This document shows, one piece after another, positions 43,170 to 55,600 of a DNA stretch of 64,000 nt (positions are counted from its first letter, which is position 1; each line of letters opens with the position of its first letter). The notes under the pieces are model-generated. The model saw nothing but the letters and a program-made list of their open reading frames with translations. It searched no databases and had not been told where the DNA came from. Source of the DNA: Octopus vulgaris (taxonomy: Eukaryota); assembly GCA_951406725.2 (NCBI GenBank), contig OX597825.1, positions 15,624,001-15,688,000 on the forward strand, written 5' to 3'. The translations under genes and the position numbers were made by a program.

Positions 43170-44462
43170 ACAAATTCCGCCGAGGTCGACTTTGCCTTTC
43201 ATCCTTTAGGGGTCGATGAATTAAGTACCAGTTGCGCACTGGGGTCGATATAATCGACTTAATTCGTTTGTCTGTCCTTCTTTGTCCTGTCTGTGTTTAC
43301 CCCTTGTGGGTAGTAAAGAAATAGGTATTTCGTCTGCCACTACGTTCTGAGTTCAAATTCCGCCGAGGTCGAGTTTGCCTTTCATCCTTTCGGGGGTCGA
43401 TTAAATAAGTACCAGTTGCGCACTGGAGCTGATATAATCCACTTAATCCGTGTGTCTGACGTAACAGCTTGTCTTTAAAATTATCAGTCCAGACTGGAGC
43501 ACATGCCTTTCCTCTACTTGTGGAAGGGTCAGCTGCCAACGCCAGCTTCTTGGTCTCCGTGAGATACCGTCGTTGATTATGTCAGCCCGTACTGGGGCTG
43601 ACGCTCTTGCAGAAACTTCTGAATCATTTCGATAGAGGCGACGATGACGAAAGCTAAGAAGTAGTGTGGGCACCTTTCGTGCGACACGTATTTCTGTCGA
43701 CCAAATTTGAGCGCCTTGACACTAGAATGATTTCAGGCACTGACAGCACTGTCAGGTGGACAACGCTAAAACAAAGAACATAAGAAAGCGAAGGTTCACA
43801 GAGAAAGTATGTGCAACGATACCTTGAAAATGACTCTAAACGTCGACAAAAACAGTCTGGCAGAAGCGTTAGCACGCCGAGTGAAATGCTTAGCGGTATT
43901 TCGTCTGCCGTTACGTTCTGAGTTCAAATTCCGCCGAGGTCGACTTTGCCTTTCATCCGTTCGGGGTCGATAAATTAAGTACCAGTTATGCACTGGGGTC
44001 GATGTAATCGAATTAATACGTTTGTCTGTCCTTGTTTGTCCTCTCTCTGTTTAACCCCTTGTGGGTAGCAAAGAAATAGGTATTTCGTCTGCCGCTACGT
44101 TCTGAGTTCAAATCCCGCCGGGGTCGACTTTGCCTTTCATCCTTTCGGGGTCGATAAATTAAGTACCACTTACGCACTGGGGTCGATATAATCGACTTAC
44201 TCCGTTTGTCTGTCCTTGTTTGTCCTCTCTCTGTTTAGCCCCTTGTGGGTAGCAAAGAAATAGGTATAAGTGAAATGCTTGGCGGTATTTCGTCTGCCGC
44301 TACTTTCTGACTTCAAATTCCGCCGGGGTCGACTTTGCCTTTCATCCTTTCGGGGTCGATAAATTAAGTACCAGTTACGCACTGGAGTCGATGTAATCGA
44401 CTTAATCTCTTTGTTTGTCCGTGTTTGTCCCTTCTATGTTTAGCCCCTTGTAGTCAATAAAA
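43170..44462 (+). mobile_element. Family-A SINE multimers (about 43170-43458 and 43857-44462) separated by about 400 bp of unrelated sequence
   Basis: Five family-A cores; gaaatag|gtatttcg junctions at about 43324 and 44079. Confidence 0.85.
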
Positions 44463-44813
44463 AAATTAAAAAAACGGTCTGAACTGCTGTGACTGGAAGC
44501 CATTCAAGTGGGTGGTCGATGGGCAACTTCCCAAGTGCTCGACATTGCAGTGCCATGAGAGGTAATTTCCTACTCGAGAAAAGTTCTATTATTTCGAGCG
44601 ATAATTGCCACATTTGCCTGAGATTCGCACAGTGGAACGCAACCCACAAACACACTATAGTTCAATGGCCTTGCATTACCGACATCTGAGTCTGTGTCAA
44701 ACATTTGTTGACATTTTTGGAAGAATTCCGCCGTTGCGAGTCTATAGAGGAAATGAAAGGTTCACATTCATTCATAGGGTTGGACGATTACCTTATATAT
44801 ATATGTGTGTGTG

Positions 44814-45109
44814 TGTGGAGGCGCAATGGCCCAGTGGTTAAGGCAGCAGACTCGCGGTTTCGATTCCCAGACTGGGCTTTGTGAGAGTTTATTAAGCGAA
44901 AAACACATAAGGCTCCACGAGGCTCCGGCAGGGGGTGGTGGCGATCCCTGCTGTACTCTTTGGCCACAACTTCCTCTCACTCTTTCATATGTCGGCCTGC
45001 TCGCTTAGCCACCGGGGAGGCGTCATTTGAAGGCTAAAACAATGCGAAGCGCATTGTGACCAGCGATGTGTAGCAACATCTGATAGCCTGGTCGGTCATG
45101 GTGATCACC
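44814..45109 (+). mobile_element. Family-D-related tRNA SINE with a different 3' tail
   Basis: ggaggcgcaatggcccagtggttaag head; gccacaactt.ctctcactcttt shared with 13561-13861, after which the sequences diverge. Confidence 0.7.
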
Positions 45110-45164
45110 TTATATATGCATATATATATATATGTGTGTATGTGTGTGTGTATGTATATATGTA

Positions 45165-45196
<32 letters not shown>

Positions 45197-45380
45197 GCCG
45201 ATTTCTACCAGTAAGTAATCGGCTATATTTACATACCGAATTCTACCAGTAAATAATTGGGGTTTTTTTAAAAGCCTTTATAGAAATTATTTACTCTTAT
45301 CATAATATATATATATATATATATATATGAAAAAGCAAGTAAAAAATAGAAAATGCTAAAATAATTTTATAGTGAACATT

Positions 45381-45420
45381 TCAGTACCGGTTTCGGTCAT
45401 TTTGAGACCTTTTCAACTGT
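45381..45420 (-). ncRNA. Type-I hammerhead ribozyme, U3:A8 core variant, in the PLE 3' pLTR
   Basis: Reverse complement: aCAG UUGAAAA GGUC ucaaaau GACC GAAA CCGG UA CUGa; stem III palindrome ACCGGU. Confidence 0.75.
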
Positions 45421-46146
45421 AACGATTAAATAATTAAATTTAGAAAAATTAGAAGAAAAGTTTTTTTAAAAGAATATTTCTATAGTAGTGTTCAGATTTA
45501 AGTGGCATTCTGCCTTTCTCTGACTCCCTTGTTTGCACTTGTGTGTTCGAGGTAGTTGTGAGTTCTTGGTAGGGTAGTAGAGGGAAGGCTGGTGAGGAAA
45601 GGGGGTGGGAGAATCTGGGAGTGCCCTGATGGTCGTATTTTGAATGGTCAGTGGCGGCTGGCAGTCTCAGTTCAATTCAGGATTGTTTATAGAATTAGCG
45701 TAGGTGTTATACTAAAAAACATTAGTGACAAACTTAAGGGGTAGGGGGTGGAGAAGAAGAAGAAGAAGAAGAAGAAGAAGAAGAAGAAGAAGAAGAAGGA
45801 AGGAAGGAGAAGATGATGGTGATGGTGGTGATGATTATGACGACGATGATGATGATAACGATGATGAGAAGAAGAAGAAGAAGAAGAAGAAGAAGAAGAA
45901 GAAGAAGAAGAAGAAGAAGAAGAAGAAGAAGAAGAAGGAGAAGGAGAAGATGGTGGTGATGATGATGACGCCGATGATGATGATAACGATGATGATGAAG
46001 AAGAAGAAGAAGAAAAAAACAGAGAAGGGAGAATATGAATGGGTGTAAATATAGCTATGAAGGGGCTGATTAGTAATGGATTCTATGGAGTGTAGTATTT
46101 GTGTGTGTATATATATTTTTTTCTTTTATTCTAAAGTTGAGGTATA

Positions 46147-48501
46147 TTAATTGTTTGTCGTAGACCCGTTAAGAAGTGGCTTGTATTTTGTAATAAAGAG
46201 ATTTTCTTTACTTATTCTTTGTCTCGAGGTTGTATCGTCCCTAAATTGGTAGAGGGGGAAAATTCTGAAGTTTGGTGTTTTTTTGTTGGCGCAAGTATCT
46301 ATGTGTTGGCTAAAAGCTATTTTTCTGTTTTGGGGAATTTTTATCTGGGATCTGTGCAGGGCCATTCGTTTACGCAAACCATTTTTTGTTTGGCCTATGT
46401 ACTGCTCTTGACACCCGGAGCAGGTTAGTGAGTATATTAGGTTCTCCGAAGCACATGTGAAGTTGCTTTTCACTGTAAACCGTTGTCCCTGTTTGAAGGA
46501 GAACTCCGAACCCTCGATTAGATAGTCGCATATCCCGCAATTGGGTCTTCCACATTTTTTTACTGTCGGCTTCTGTGTTGAAGAGTGAATTCGGGCTTGT
46601 GTAAGGAGACTTTTCATGGATCTAGGCTGTCTTTTGCTTTTTATGATCGTGTGTGTTTGGAGGATTGTGTTCATTCTGTGGTCTTTTTTTAGGAGGGGTA
46701 TGTTGTGGAGGATGGTGTCGAAGGCTTCGTTATTGAGAGGGTTGTGTGTGGAGATGTATGGTAAGGCTTTTGGTTGTAAGTTTTTCTTTGATTTGGGATG
46801 TCTCAGTTCCTTGATGTTAAGTTGAAGGGCACGTTGAATGCACTTGTCAATAAGTGAAGGTGGATAGTTCCTGGTGATTAGGGTATCTTTTAGTTCTTGT
46901 AGTCGTGTGTCTCTGGTGTTTGCGTTAGAGACTATAGTGCATATCCTTTTTGCTAGATTGAAGGGGATATTCATCCTGGTGTGTCTGGGGTGGCATGAAT
47001 TGAATGGAAGATATTGCTTAGAGTCTGTAGGCTTATAGTATATGTCTGTTTCTATTATATTATTAGCTTTCTTAATGAGGATATCGAGGAAGGGGAGTTG
47101 TTGTTGGCTATATTCCATCGTGAATTGGATGTTTACGTCCAGTCCGTTTAAAATTTTCTGGAATTCTATGAGTTTTTCTATATTTTTATGCCAAAGGATG
47201 AAACAGTCATCTAGATATCTCTTCCAGTTGTTTTCTATGTAGATGGAGAAAGGGCTGCCATATCTTTCTAGAACCTTACGATACAGACTGATCTCTAGGT
47301 ATCCTATGACTAGGTTGGCAAAGGAGGGGGCCATTCGTGTACCCATCGCAGTCCCCGATTTTTGTCGGTAGAAGTTGTCATTGAAGGCGAAGAAGTTATT
47401 TTCCAGGATGAATTTAACCCCTTCTATCACAAATTCTTTTTTGATGCGGTGTGGTAGTTCGTTGGCGTGATTCTCTAGCCAGAATTGGATTGCCTCTAGT
47501 CCTAGGTTGTGGGGGATATTGGAGTAGAGGTTGACTACATCGAAGGATACCAGTATGGTGTTTTTGTTTATAGTATTCGGTAGGTGATTGAGCATATCTA
47601 AGTCGTCCCTTATATAGCTTTTGACATGTTTGAGGAGTGGTTTTAACAGGGTGTCTAAAAAGTTACTGAGGCGGTGGGTTTCGCATGCGGGACCTGCTAT
47701 TATGGGTCTCAATTTGAGGTCATTAGGATTAGGGACTTTAATTATTTTGTCTGTAGCTATCTTGCATGCGTTGCTTATTTTTTCACTTTTGTGGATCTTA
47801 GGTATACCGTAGAATTGGCTAGTTTTACTTGTGAAATTGGTCATATAATCATATTCTTTGTCGGTGAGCCCTGCTTTGTATGGGTTTAATATGGATTTTA
47901 GTTCCCTCATTATTTTTTGTTGACTGTAGTTTTGTGCCTTTTCATAGTATCTTGTGTCTTCCAGCATAGAAAGTACCAAAGTTATGTAAAATGTCGTATC
48001 CATTAAGACAACAGCACTCCCTTTATCGGCCTCTTTGATTGTTATTGTTTTATCTAGTTTTAATTTGTTCAACTCAGCCCATTCTTTTTTGCTGAAGTTT
48101 GGTTTGTGTTTTTGTTTGTGCATATGTTGATATGGGTAATTTGATATGTGGTCACAGAAATCATCAAGTGTTTTATTCTTACCTTTCGAGGGGGTGTAGT
48201 TACTCCTATTTCTGGCTAACGATTCGTCCTCGTTGTATTTATCGTATAGCTCCTCAGTAAGTCTTAATTTTCTGCAGAATTCTGCGATGTCTTCTTTCAT
48301 TTCATTGTAGTTGGGGTGTTGTGGGGTGGGTGTAAACTTGAGTCCTTTGGAAAGTATGTTTATTTGGTTTGCTGTTAGTTCCTTGTGAGTTAGATTAATA
48401 ATTTTTATTACTTTTGGTTCCTCCTGCTTGTTTGGTGCTATCTTGTGTCTCTGTGTTTGCGTATTGGGTCTAAAAAATGAATGCGGTGGTTGGGACGGTA
48501 G
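46147..48501 (-). CDS. PLE reverse transcriptase + GIY-YIG endonuclease (first ATG at 48300; frame open to 48501)
   Basis: [71 protein letters not shown]...YIGQT. The conserved PLE N-terminal motif IINLTHKELT...LSKGLKFTPTP lies in frame upstream of the first Met. Confidence 0.95.
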   Translation of the reverse strand, partial: LPSQPPHSFFRPNTQTQRHKIAPNKQEEPKVIKIINLTHKELTANQINILSKGLKFTPTPQHPNYNEMKEDIAEFCRKLRLTEELYDKYNEDESLARNRSNYTPSKGKNKTLDDFCDHISNYPYQHMHKQKHKPNFSKKEWAELNKLKLDKTITIKEADKGSAVVLMDTTFYITLVLSMLEDTRYYEKAQNYSQQKIMRELKSILNPYKAGLTDKEYDYMTNFTSKTSQFYGIPKIHKSEKISNACKIATDKIIKVPNPNDLKLRPIIAGPACETHRLSNFLDTLLKPLLKHVKSYIRDDLDMLNHLPNTINKNTILVSFDVVNLYSNIPHNLGLEAIQFWLENHANELPHRIKKEFVIEGVKFILENNFFAFNDNFYRQKSGTAMGTRMAPSFANLVIGYLEISLYRKVLERYGSPFSIYIENNWKRYLDDCFILWHKNIEKLIEFQKILNGLDVNIQFTMEYSQQQLPFLDILIKKANNIIETDIYYKPTDSKQYLPFNSCHPRHTRMNIPFNLAKRICTIVSNANTRDTRLQELKDTLITRNYPPSLIDKCIQRALQLNIKELRHPKSKKNLQPKALPYISTHNPLNNEAFDTILHNIPLLKKDHRMNTILQTHTIIKSKRQPRSMKSLLTQARIHSSTQKPTVKKCGRPNCGICDYLIEGSEFSFKQGQRFTVKSNFTCASENLIYSLTCSGCQEQYIGQTKNGLRKRMALHRSQIKIPQNRKIAFSQHIDTCANKKTPNFRIFPLYQFRDDTTSRQRISKENLFITKYKPLLNGSTTNN

Positions 48502-48956
48502 CTAGTATATAGTTGTTCTTTGTTGATTAGGGGTCTCCTGTTGTGATTTGTGGTGTGTGTTCTTGGAGCAGTATTGAGGAGAGCATCCCGATATCCCATA
48601 TTCGGGTGTGGTGTTCTAGGAGGCCTTCGTTGGTAATCATTGCAAGTGGTGTGGGTTTGTTGTGCATGGTTGTTTAACCGGTTAATGGGACGAAGATTTC
48701 GTTGGTAACTCCTTTGGGTGGGGATGAGGTTGCAGTGTCTATGCTGTGGGTGTTGATTTATCCTTTCTCTGCTTGAAGTGGGGGTATTCCTGATATTGTA
48801 TCGCTGGCTGCTTACAGAGTTGGGGTTAGGTCCTGTATTCTTTTTTTGATAGTAGTGAAGGTTCCGATTTTTAGACGGGTGTGTATCGGTGTTTGGGTGT
48901 TGTTTTGGTTTTCTTATTTTCTGGAAAGGGTTGTTGGAGGCGTGCTCTGTTTGAAA

Positions 48957-48959
<3 letters not shown>
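48438..48959 (-). CDS. Putative upstream ORF of the PLE (5'-truncated, at least 173 codons, N/H/Q/P/R/T-rich), overlapping the RT frame
   Basis: Hand translation shows no stop from the (TA)n junction to 48440: VFQTEHASNNPFQKIRKPKQ...PNMGYRDALLNTAPR...SYRPNHRIHFLDPIRKHRDTR*. The strand is T-poor, so stops are rarer than average. Confidence 0.55.
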
Positions 48960-48993
<34 letters not shown>

Positions 48994-49834
48994 TATAAAA
49001 AAATGTCCTTCCTTTCCAATATTTATAACACAATATTTTTGTCACCATGCTAATTGAGAATCGGAATGTACATTTCTCAATACGAAAACAAAAGAAAACT
49101 ATTTCAACTGTGATTATAATTATTTTCCATTCATCTTACACATTATATAAATATTTTTTTTTTAAACTTATAATTAGTTTTATATTGCTATGTTTTGACA
49201 CATGTCTGAGCCACTTCAGTGTTCCATTTATTCTGTTTGTCTTAATTCGTTTTTTATTGCCTCTTTTTACCTTCTTGTTCAAATGTGTTGAAATTTAACG
49301 TGACATATTTTTCGTTACTGGTATTTATTGCGTTTTCAACAGAACGGGTCCATAAGATATGTTATCTCAAGACAAATACACTAGTGACTGTTCTAATGAC
49401 AGCCTGTATACATTAAACATGATACATAGTTGTCTATGTTATTTATAAATATATATATATATATATATACTGTAGTGTCTGGGGAAAGTCATTTTTGTTT
49501 TTGCTTTATAATTTAGCACACTCACCGGTAAAATGTCCACTTATTTCTTATTTTTATTTTCTTCAAATATAAAGAATCTTGCAAACCAAATCCAAAAACG
49601 AAATATATATTTATATATATTCTTTTATTTGAGTCAGTCATTTGACTGCAGCCATGCTGGAGCACTGCCTTTAGTCGAACAAATAGACTCCAGGGCTTAT
49701 TCTTTCTAAGCCTAGCACTTATTCTATCGGTTTCTTTATATATATATATATATATATATGTAGGTCCCGGGTTGATTCGGGGTTAACCACAGTAAATAAG
49801 GTACTCAATACATAGCAGAGTAAAATTAATTTAT

Positions 49835-49953
49835 TATATAGAAGGACCTTCTACAGGACTAGAACTGTTTCATTCAAGAGAAATCTTCAGGAAGCTTCCT
49901 GAAGATTTCTCTTGAATGAAACAGTTCTAGTCCTGTAGAACTCCTTCTATATA
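49835..49953. repeat. Perfect spacer-less palindrome (46-bp perfect arms, 49849-49940) in a short element bounded by (TA)n
   Basis: ttctacaggactagaactgtttcattcaagagaaatcttcaggaag|cttcctgaagatttctcttgaatgaaacagttctagtcctgtagaa. Each arm has CTGAAGA..GAAAC..GTC, a possible truncated HHR. Confidence 0.9.
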
Positions 49954-50054
49954 TATATATATATATATATACATATATTTATATATATTTTATATATTTA
50001 TATTTATGTCCTCGCGTTGTTGTGTTTCCTCTTTGTGTTTTCATGTTTCGATTA

Positions 50055-50192
<138 letters not shown>

Positions 50193-50317
50193 TTTATTCT
50201 TGTATCTTTTACTTCCTTCGGTCTTTGCAATGCGGCCACCATCCTGGACACAGCCGAAACGGTTGCACATGTTGAATTAATATATATCTGTATATACACA
50301 TATATATATATATATAT

Positions 50318-50412
<95 letters not shown>

Positions 50413-51217
50413 TGTGTCTGTGTGTGTGTGTGTGTTTGTGTGTGTGTGTTTGTGTGGTCTTTATGTGGAATTTCTAGTTCCTGAGACGTCTTGTCAACGA
50501 GAATCAACAATTTTAATTGGATTTAAAATCATGAAACTTCGGCAATGAAGTTGACTAAAAAGGCAAAGTCTGTTGCATTGATACCATTTAAAAATCACAT
50601 TTTGCAAATATAAAAGCTCAGATTCAAGAAGGTTAATGTAAATATTATTTAAAAGAATAATTGTTTCACCGTTGTACTGACCACTTGTTTTCAAATTCTT
50701 GACTAACATGTATTTACTTATGTGTGTCAGTGTGTGTGTTTCTGAGTACCTGCGTGCCTATCAATGGGCCCCCATGCACAATCATTGAATTTATGGATTT
50801 ATTTGATGAATTATAAAAGGAATTACTTCATATCTATTGATTAAAATGCATTTGCCGACAATCACCGGTCTCATTTTTTAAGTCGTTGAGAGGAATTCCG
50901 TTTCTCTTGTGGCGGTGGCTTATGACGTGAAACAGAAAGCGTTAAATCACCCGAAAGTCAGTTACTATATATTCTACATTTTGTTACAGCATATTCTAGA
51001 TGTCTTTGCCCATAGCACTGACACACTGTTGCAAATTTATAAAGTAGGGCTAAGTCTATTGAACAGGATGCTGCACTGGACCCAGAAAAGAAGAAAGCCA
51101 AAGAGGAACCGGTTTAGAGAATTCAGATCGTAAATTCAGCTGCGGGTAAAGGAAAGGACAATAAGCCTTTGCCACCATAAATGACTGTACTCACTTGTTG
51201 TTCCTTTACGATATAGG

Positions 51218-51256
<39 letters not shown>

Positions 51257-51379
51257 CGTGTGTGTGTGTGTGTGTGTGTGTGCGCGTGCGTTTGTGTATG
51301 TCTATATGCATATATATGTGAGTGTACATATATACATATGTATATATACATACATATATATACGCATATATACATATAC

Positions 51380-51422
<43 letters not shown>

Positions 51423-51699
51423 AACATATATAAATATATATATACACACACATATTTACAGCCAGGTATATGGGTGTCTACATTTGGATATATGCATATA
51501 TATATAAATATCACATATGTATATGTATATGTATATATATATATATACATACATAGGTGTATACAAATACATACACACATATGTGTGAGATATATATATA
51601 TATCTATGTGTGAGATATACATATGTGTGAGATATATATATATATCTATGTACATTTGGATATATGCATATATATACATATCACATGTATATATATGCA

Positions 51700-51741
<42 letters not shown>

Positions 51742-52285
51742 TGGTACTATGTATATGAGTATTTATGCAATTTATGCGTACATGCATGGATATGTATCAA
51801 AAACGTACGTGCAAATACATATATTGATATAGTCATACTTAAGTGTGTGTGTTCCTGCAAGTGTGTGCGCGCGCCGGCATGTGTATCTTTATAGATGAAT
51901 GAATGAAGAGTGAATTTCTATGCCAAGTCCATAAACGGCTGTGTAACTTCAACGACTAATAAATAAGAGGTGGCGAACAATACAAACACCGGGCCTCTAC
52001 ACACATCTCTACACCAGTTGTCAATATATGCATACATATATATATACGTGTGTTTATATGTGTGTGTATATGGGTGTATGCATGTCAGTGTGCTCTTATT
52101 TGTCTATTTGTGTAAATGTATGTATGTATGTATGTATGTATATGAGTATCTCTGATTTTATATATATACTTGTGTTTATATATGTCGAAACACTCATATA
52201 TTAATATACATATAAACAACATATCTATGAATATCCATATATACATAGACATATATATATATACATATATATATAGGTATGCATG

Positions 52286-52334
<49 letters not shown>

Positions 52335-52343
52335 ATATATGTA

Positions 52344-52392
<49 letters not shown>

Positions 52393-52827
52393 CAACCACA
52401 CACAAACACATATATATGTATGTAAGTATATATATATACACACTCGCACACACATGTAAGCATACATTTACTTACATATACACACACAAACACACACACA
52501 CAAACACACACATGCATACATGTATATATATGGCATATAAAATCGTCGTGACCGTCAGATAGATTATATATGTTCAGTAAAATTCCACCGAAGAAATTTT
52601 CATTCAACTCGCTTCCAGAAATTGTGCTTTGGAGGTTGGAACTTTATGTTGTCATGCAAAGTGGAATAACTGTTGGCACAACTTTGAAAGATTTGCTTTG
52701 ATCTCACAAGAAAGAACATTTAGTTTCTTTGAATTTCTTTTGATTCCTTCTCTTTTCTTCTTGACTGTTCATTTAGTCTCTCTAATATTGGCAAGGAAAA
52801 TTCTCCCCTCGTCTCTTTGTATATATA

Positions 52828-52893
<66 letters not shown>

Positions 52894-53063
52894 TGCGTGC
52901 ACAAACACACACAGTTACGTATATGAGTGTGCTACTAATTTTGTGAGAGTACGTGTAGAGTGGTGTATGTATGTGCAGGTCTCCATGTATGTACATAAGT
53001 ATGCGCGTATCTAGAAACTAGTATACATGTTTAGAAATTTATATACGTATGCACACATGTGTG

Positions 53064-53110
<47 letters not shown>

Positions 53111-53482
53111 ATGCATGAATGCCTGTGCATGTGAGCTTATGTGTGTTGGTTTGGAGCCAACCTGAAATGTTCTTTTCTCTAATAGCATTTTACTTTAGGT
53201 AGAGTTGTGTGTGTGTATGTGTCTGTGTGTATGTGAGTGAGTTTTTATGTGAGTGCGTGTCCACACACATACACACACACATTTATATACATATACAGAT
53301 ACCTATATATGTATGTATGTGTATATATGTACATACACACACACATACACACACACATATATATATATATATATAAAACATATTTTTGAATGTTAGCTTT
53401 TAGGAAAAAGTTTTAATAACTGTTCTTATGCATAAATAAATAATGAAATATATATATATATAGTTGCACACATACATACACA

Positions 53483-53580
<98 letters not shown>

Positions 53581-53608
53581 CATTTATATATATATATATG
53601 TATATATC

Positions 53609-53642
<34 letters not shown>

Positions 53643-54526
53643 GCATATATGTGTGTGTTTGTATATATATATATATGATATATATATATATATACGTATA
53701 TATATGTGCATATATACTTATTTATACACACATGCATATATGTATATGTGCGTGTGTATGTATGTGTGTCTATGTGTGTGTGTGTAGTTTATTGGAAGTG
53801 TATTTTTATTTGCCATGCTTTAGAGAGTACCAGAACGTTCATAAATACGCGTTTATGTCGAGCCATTCACTTTGGTAGTTCTTAACTCTGGTCTCATGCA
53901 TCGCTGTCATATCCAGATCCAATATATTTTTAGTATATATGAAATTTGATGCATACTAAACACTAAAGAAGAGATTCTATTGAAAGGATCTAATAATATA
54001 TTAATACTGCTACTTCTACTTCTATCGATATCATTATTAGTAGTTGAACTTCTATTACAAGTAATGTTAATAGAAGTGTGTGTTTAGTCGTACATGGCCA
54101 AAAATTGATTTGACATGGACGAGCAAAGTTGATTAAATCGATGTCAGCGTTTGAATGTTATTTCATCCAGCAAACCTGTAACTAAATATCAAGGCGAAGA
54201 ATCGAACTCGGAAAATATAGGGACGTAATTGAATACTACAAGGTATTTTTTGCTCATCGAATGTCCCATTTCATCTTACTACCCAAAATATCAGTTTGAA
54301 GAAGTTGGTAGTTGTATTATCGATGCTGAATATAAATGGGATCTAGCAGTCTCCGTATCTTAGAGCATAGCTTTTAATCTCACATGATTGGAATATGCCT
54401 TAACCAAAATAGGAGCTCTTAAGATATTTTCATTGAGTAGGGAAAGGAAATATTGATTATTAGTACAAGGCTAATAGTTTTAGGGAGAAGTCAATTACAT
54501 CGACCCTCCTGTTCAAGTGGTACTTA

Positions 54527-55090
54527 TTAGGTTGTCAAGAAAGTTCGTGCCGCTTTTTAAATGAAAGAAAAAGGTCAATAAATACTTGCTATTACATTTT
54601 CAATCAACCAAATATGAACCATTTTGTTGCACAATGCGTCTCCATCCTTCTTTTAACTTGAAAATACCCTCTTCACAGACTTGAGGTGGTTTCATGGCAA
54701 AGAATTCATCAAGGTATTGTTTTACGTCAACCAAGGAATTGAAATTTTTGCCATTAAGACTTCTGCAGAGACCTGAATAAGTGGAAATCCGAAGGAGCAA
54801 TATCTGGTGTATATGGAGGGTGGGGTAACACGTCCCAGCCAAGCTGCAGCAATTTTTACCAGGTTCCCAAAGCATCAAGTGCCGAAAATGAACATTCTTA
54901 TCTTCCATTTTAAAGGGTTACAGAATTAACACAGGTTATAGGAACATAAACCTTCTTCCACGAAAAGATAGCTTAAACTCTGCTCTAAACGGAGGTGTAG
55001 TCAAATCATATTTTATGGACTCAACCATGTTCTAAAATAAGTCGAAAGATAAGCTACAATAAATCGGCACGAACTTTCCGGACAACCCAA
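54527..55090 (-). mobile_element. Internally deleted mariner element with TIRs and TA TSD, inserted in a family-A SINE
   Basis: TIRs ttaggttgtcaagaaagttcgtgccg and cggcacgaactttccggacaacccaa; TA at 54525-26 and 55091-92. N-terminus MEDKNVHFRHLMLWE is joined (with frameshifts) to GWDVLPHPPYTPDIAPSDFHLFRSLQ...GIFKLKEGWRRIVQQNGSY. Confidence 0.9.
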
Positions 55091-55547
55091 TATTTTATCG
55101 AACGCAAAATGATTAACGATAAATTCGACTTCGGTAGGATTTGAAATCAGAAAGTTTAAATACTGTGCCCGTTTGCTAATGATTCTAGTAAAAGGAAATA
55201 TTTCATACGCTTATTTCTTTACTTCTTGAATTAAAATTCAAACTTCATATTCCGCCTTAATTTAATCTAGAAGCGATTGTCTCCGCAGTGCTATCTAACC
55301 ATTTGTTGCACCCCAGGTGTATAAAATAGATGCTTTCGTTGTCGTTGTTGTTGTTGATGGCTAGCAGAATTTTTTTTTTCGATTACTATTTCCGAAGCTC
55401 CACAACGTCCAATACGAACACCAACACAACCAATCGAAATAATCACGGGTAAACGTTATAGACATGAGTAGTTTAGTTGATTCACAACAACATAATTTTA
55501 GAGGGGAGGTAGAAATATTTCTATGTGTAGATTCACTTCATAAGTCT

Positions 55548-55600
55548 GGCATCCACAGACTAGTTTCGAGGTGGTTACTTCTTATCAGTGTGGAGTAGCC
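55548..55600 (-). ncRNA. Type-I hammerhead ribozyme with a G8A core substitution
   Basis: Reverse complement: GGCuac UCCACA CUGAUAA GAaGU aacc ACcUC GAAA CUAG UC UGUGGA uGCC. 6-bp stem I extended past an internal loop, stem III palindrome ACUAGU, GUC triplet. Confidence 0.72.

Larger units (their letters stand above)
45329..48960 (-). mobile_element. Penelope-like retroelement (Neptune-type), 5'-truncated, bounded by (TA)n at both ends
   Basis: Intact RT-GIY-YIG ORF; about 820-bp 3' region with a duplicated (CTT)n/(CAT)n block at 45750-46015; HHR near the 3' end. Confidence 0.93.

Noticed and set aside
45725-46048. Poly-R/D/K ORF of 107 aa
   Set aside because: Antisense reading of the trinucleotide block in the PLE 3' region.
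46219-47889. Short plus-strand ORFs over the RT gene
   Set aside because: Antisense shadows of the PLE ORF.
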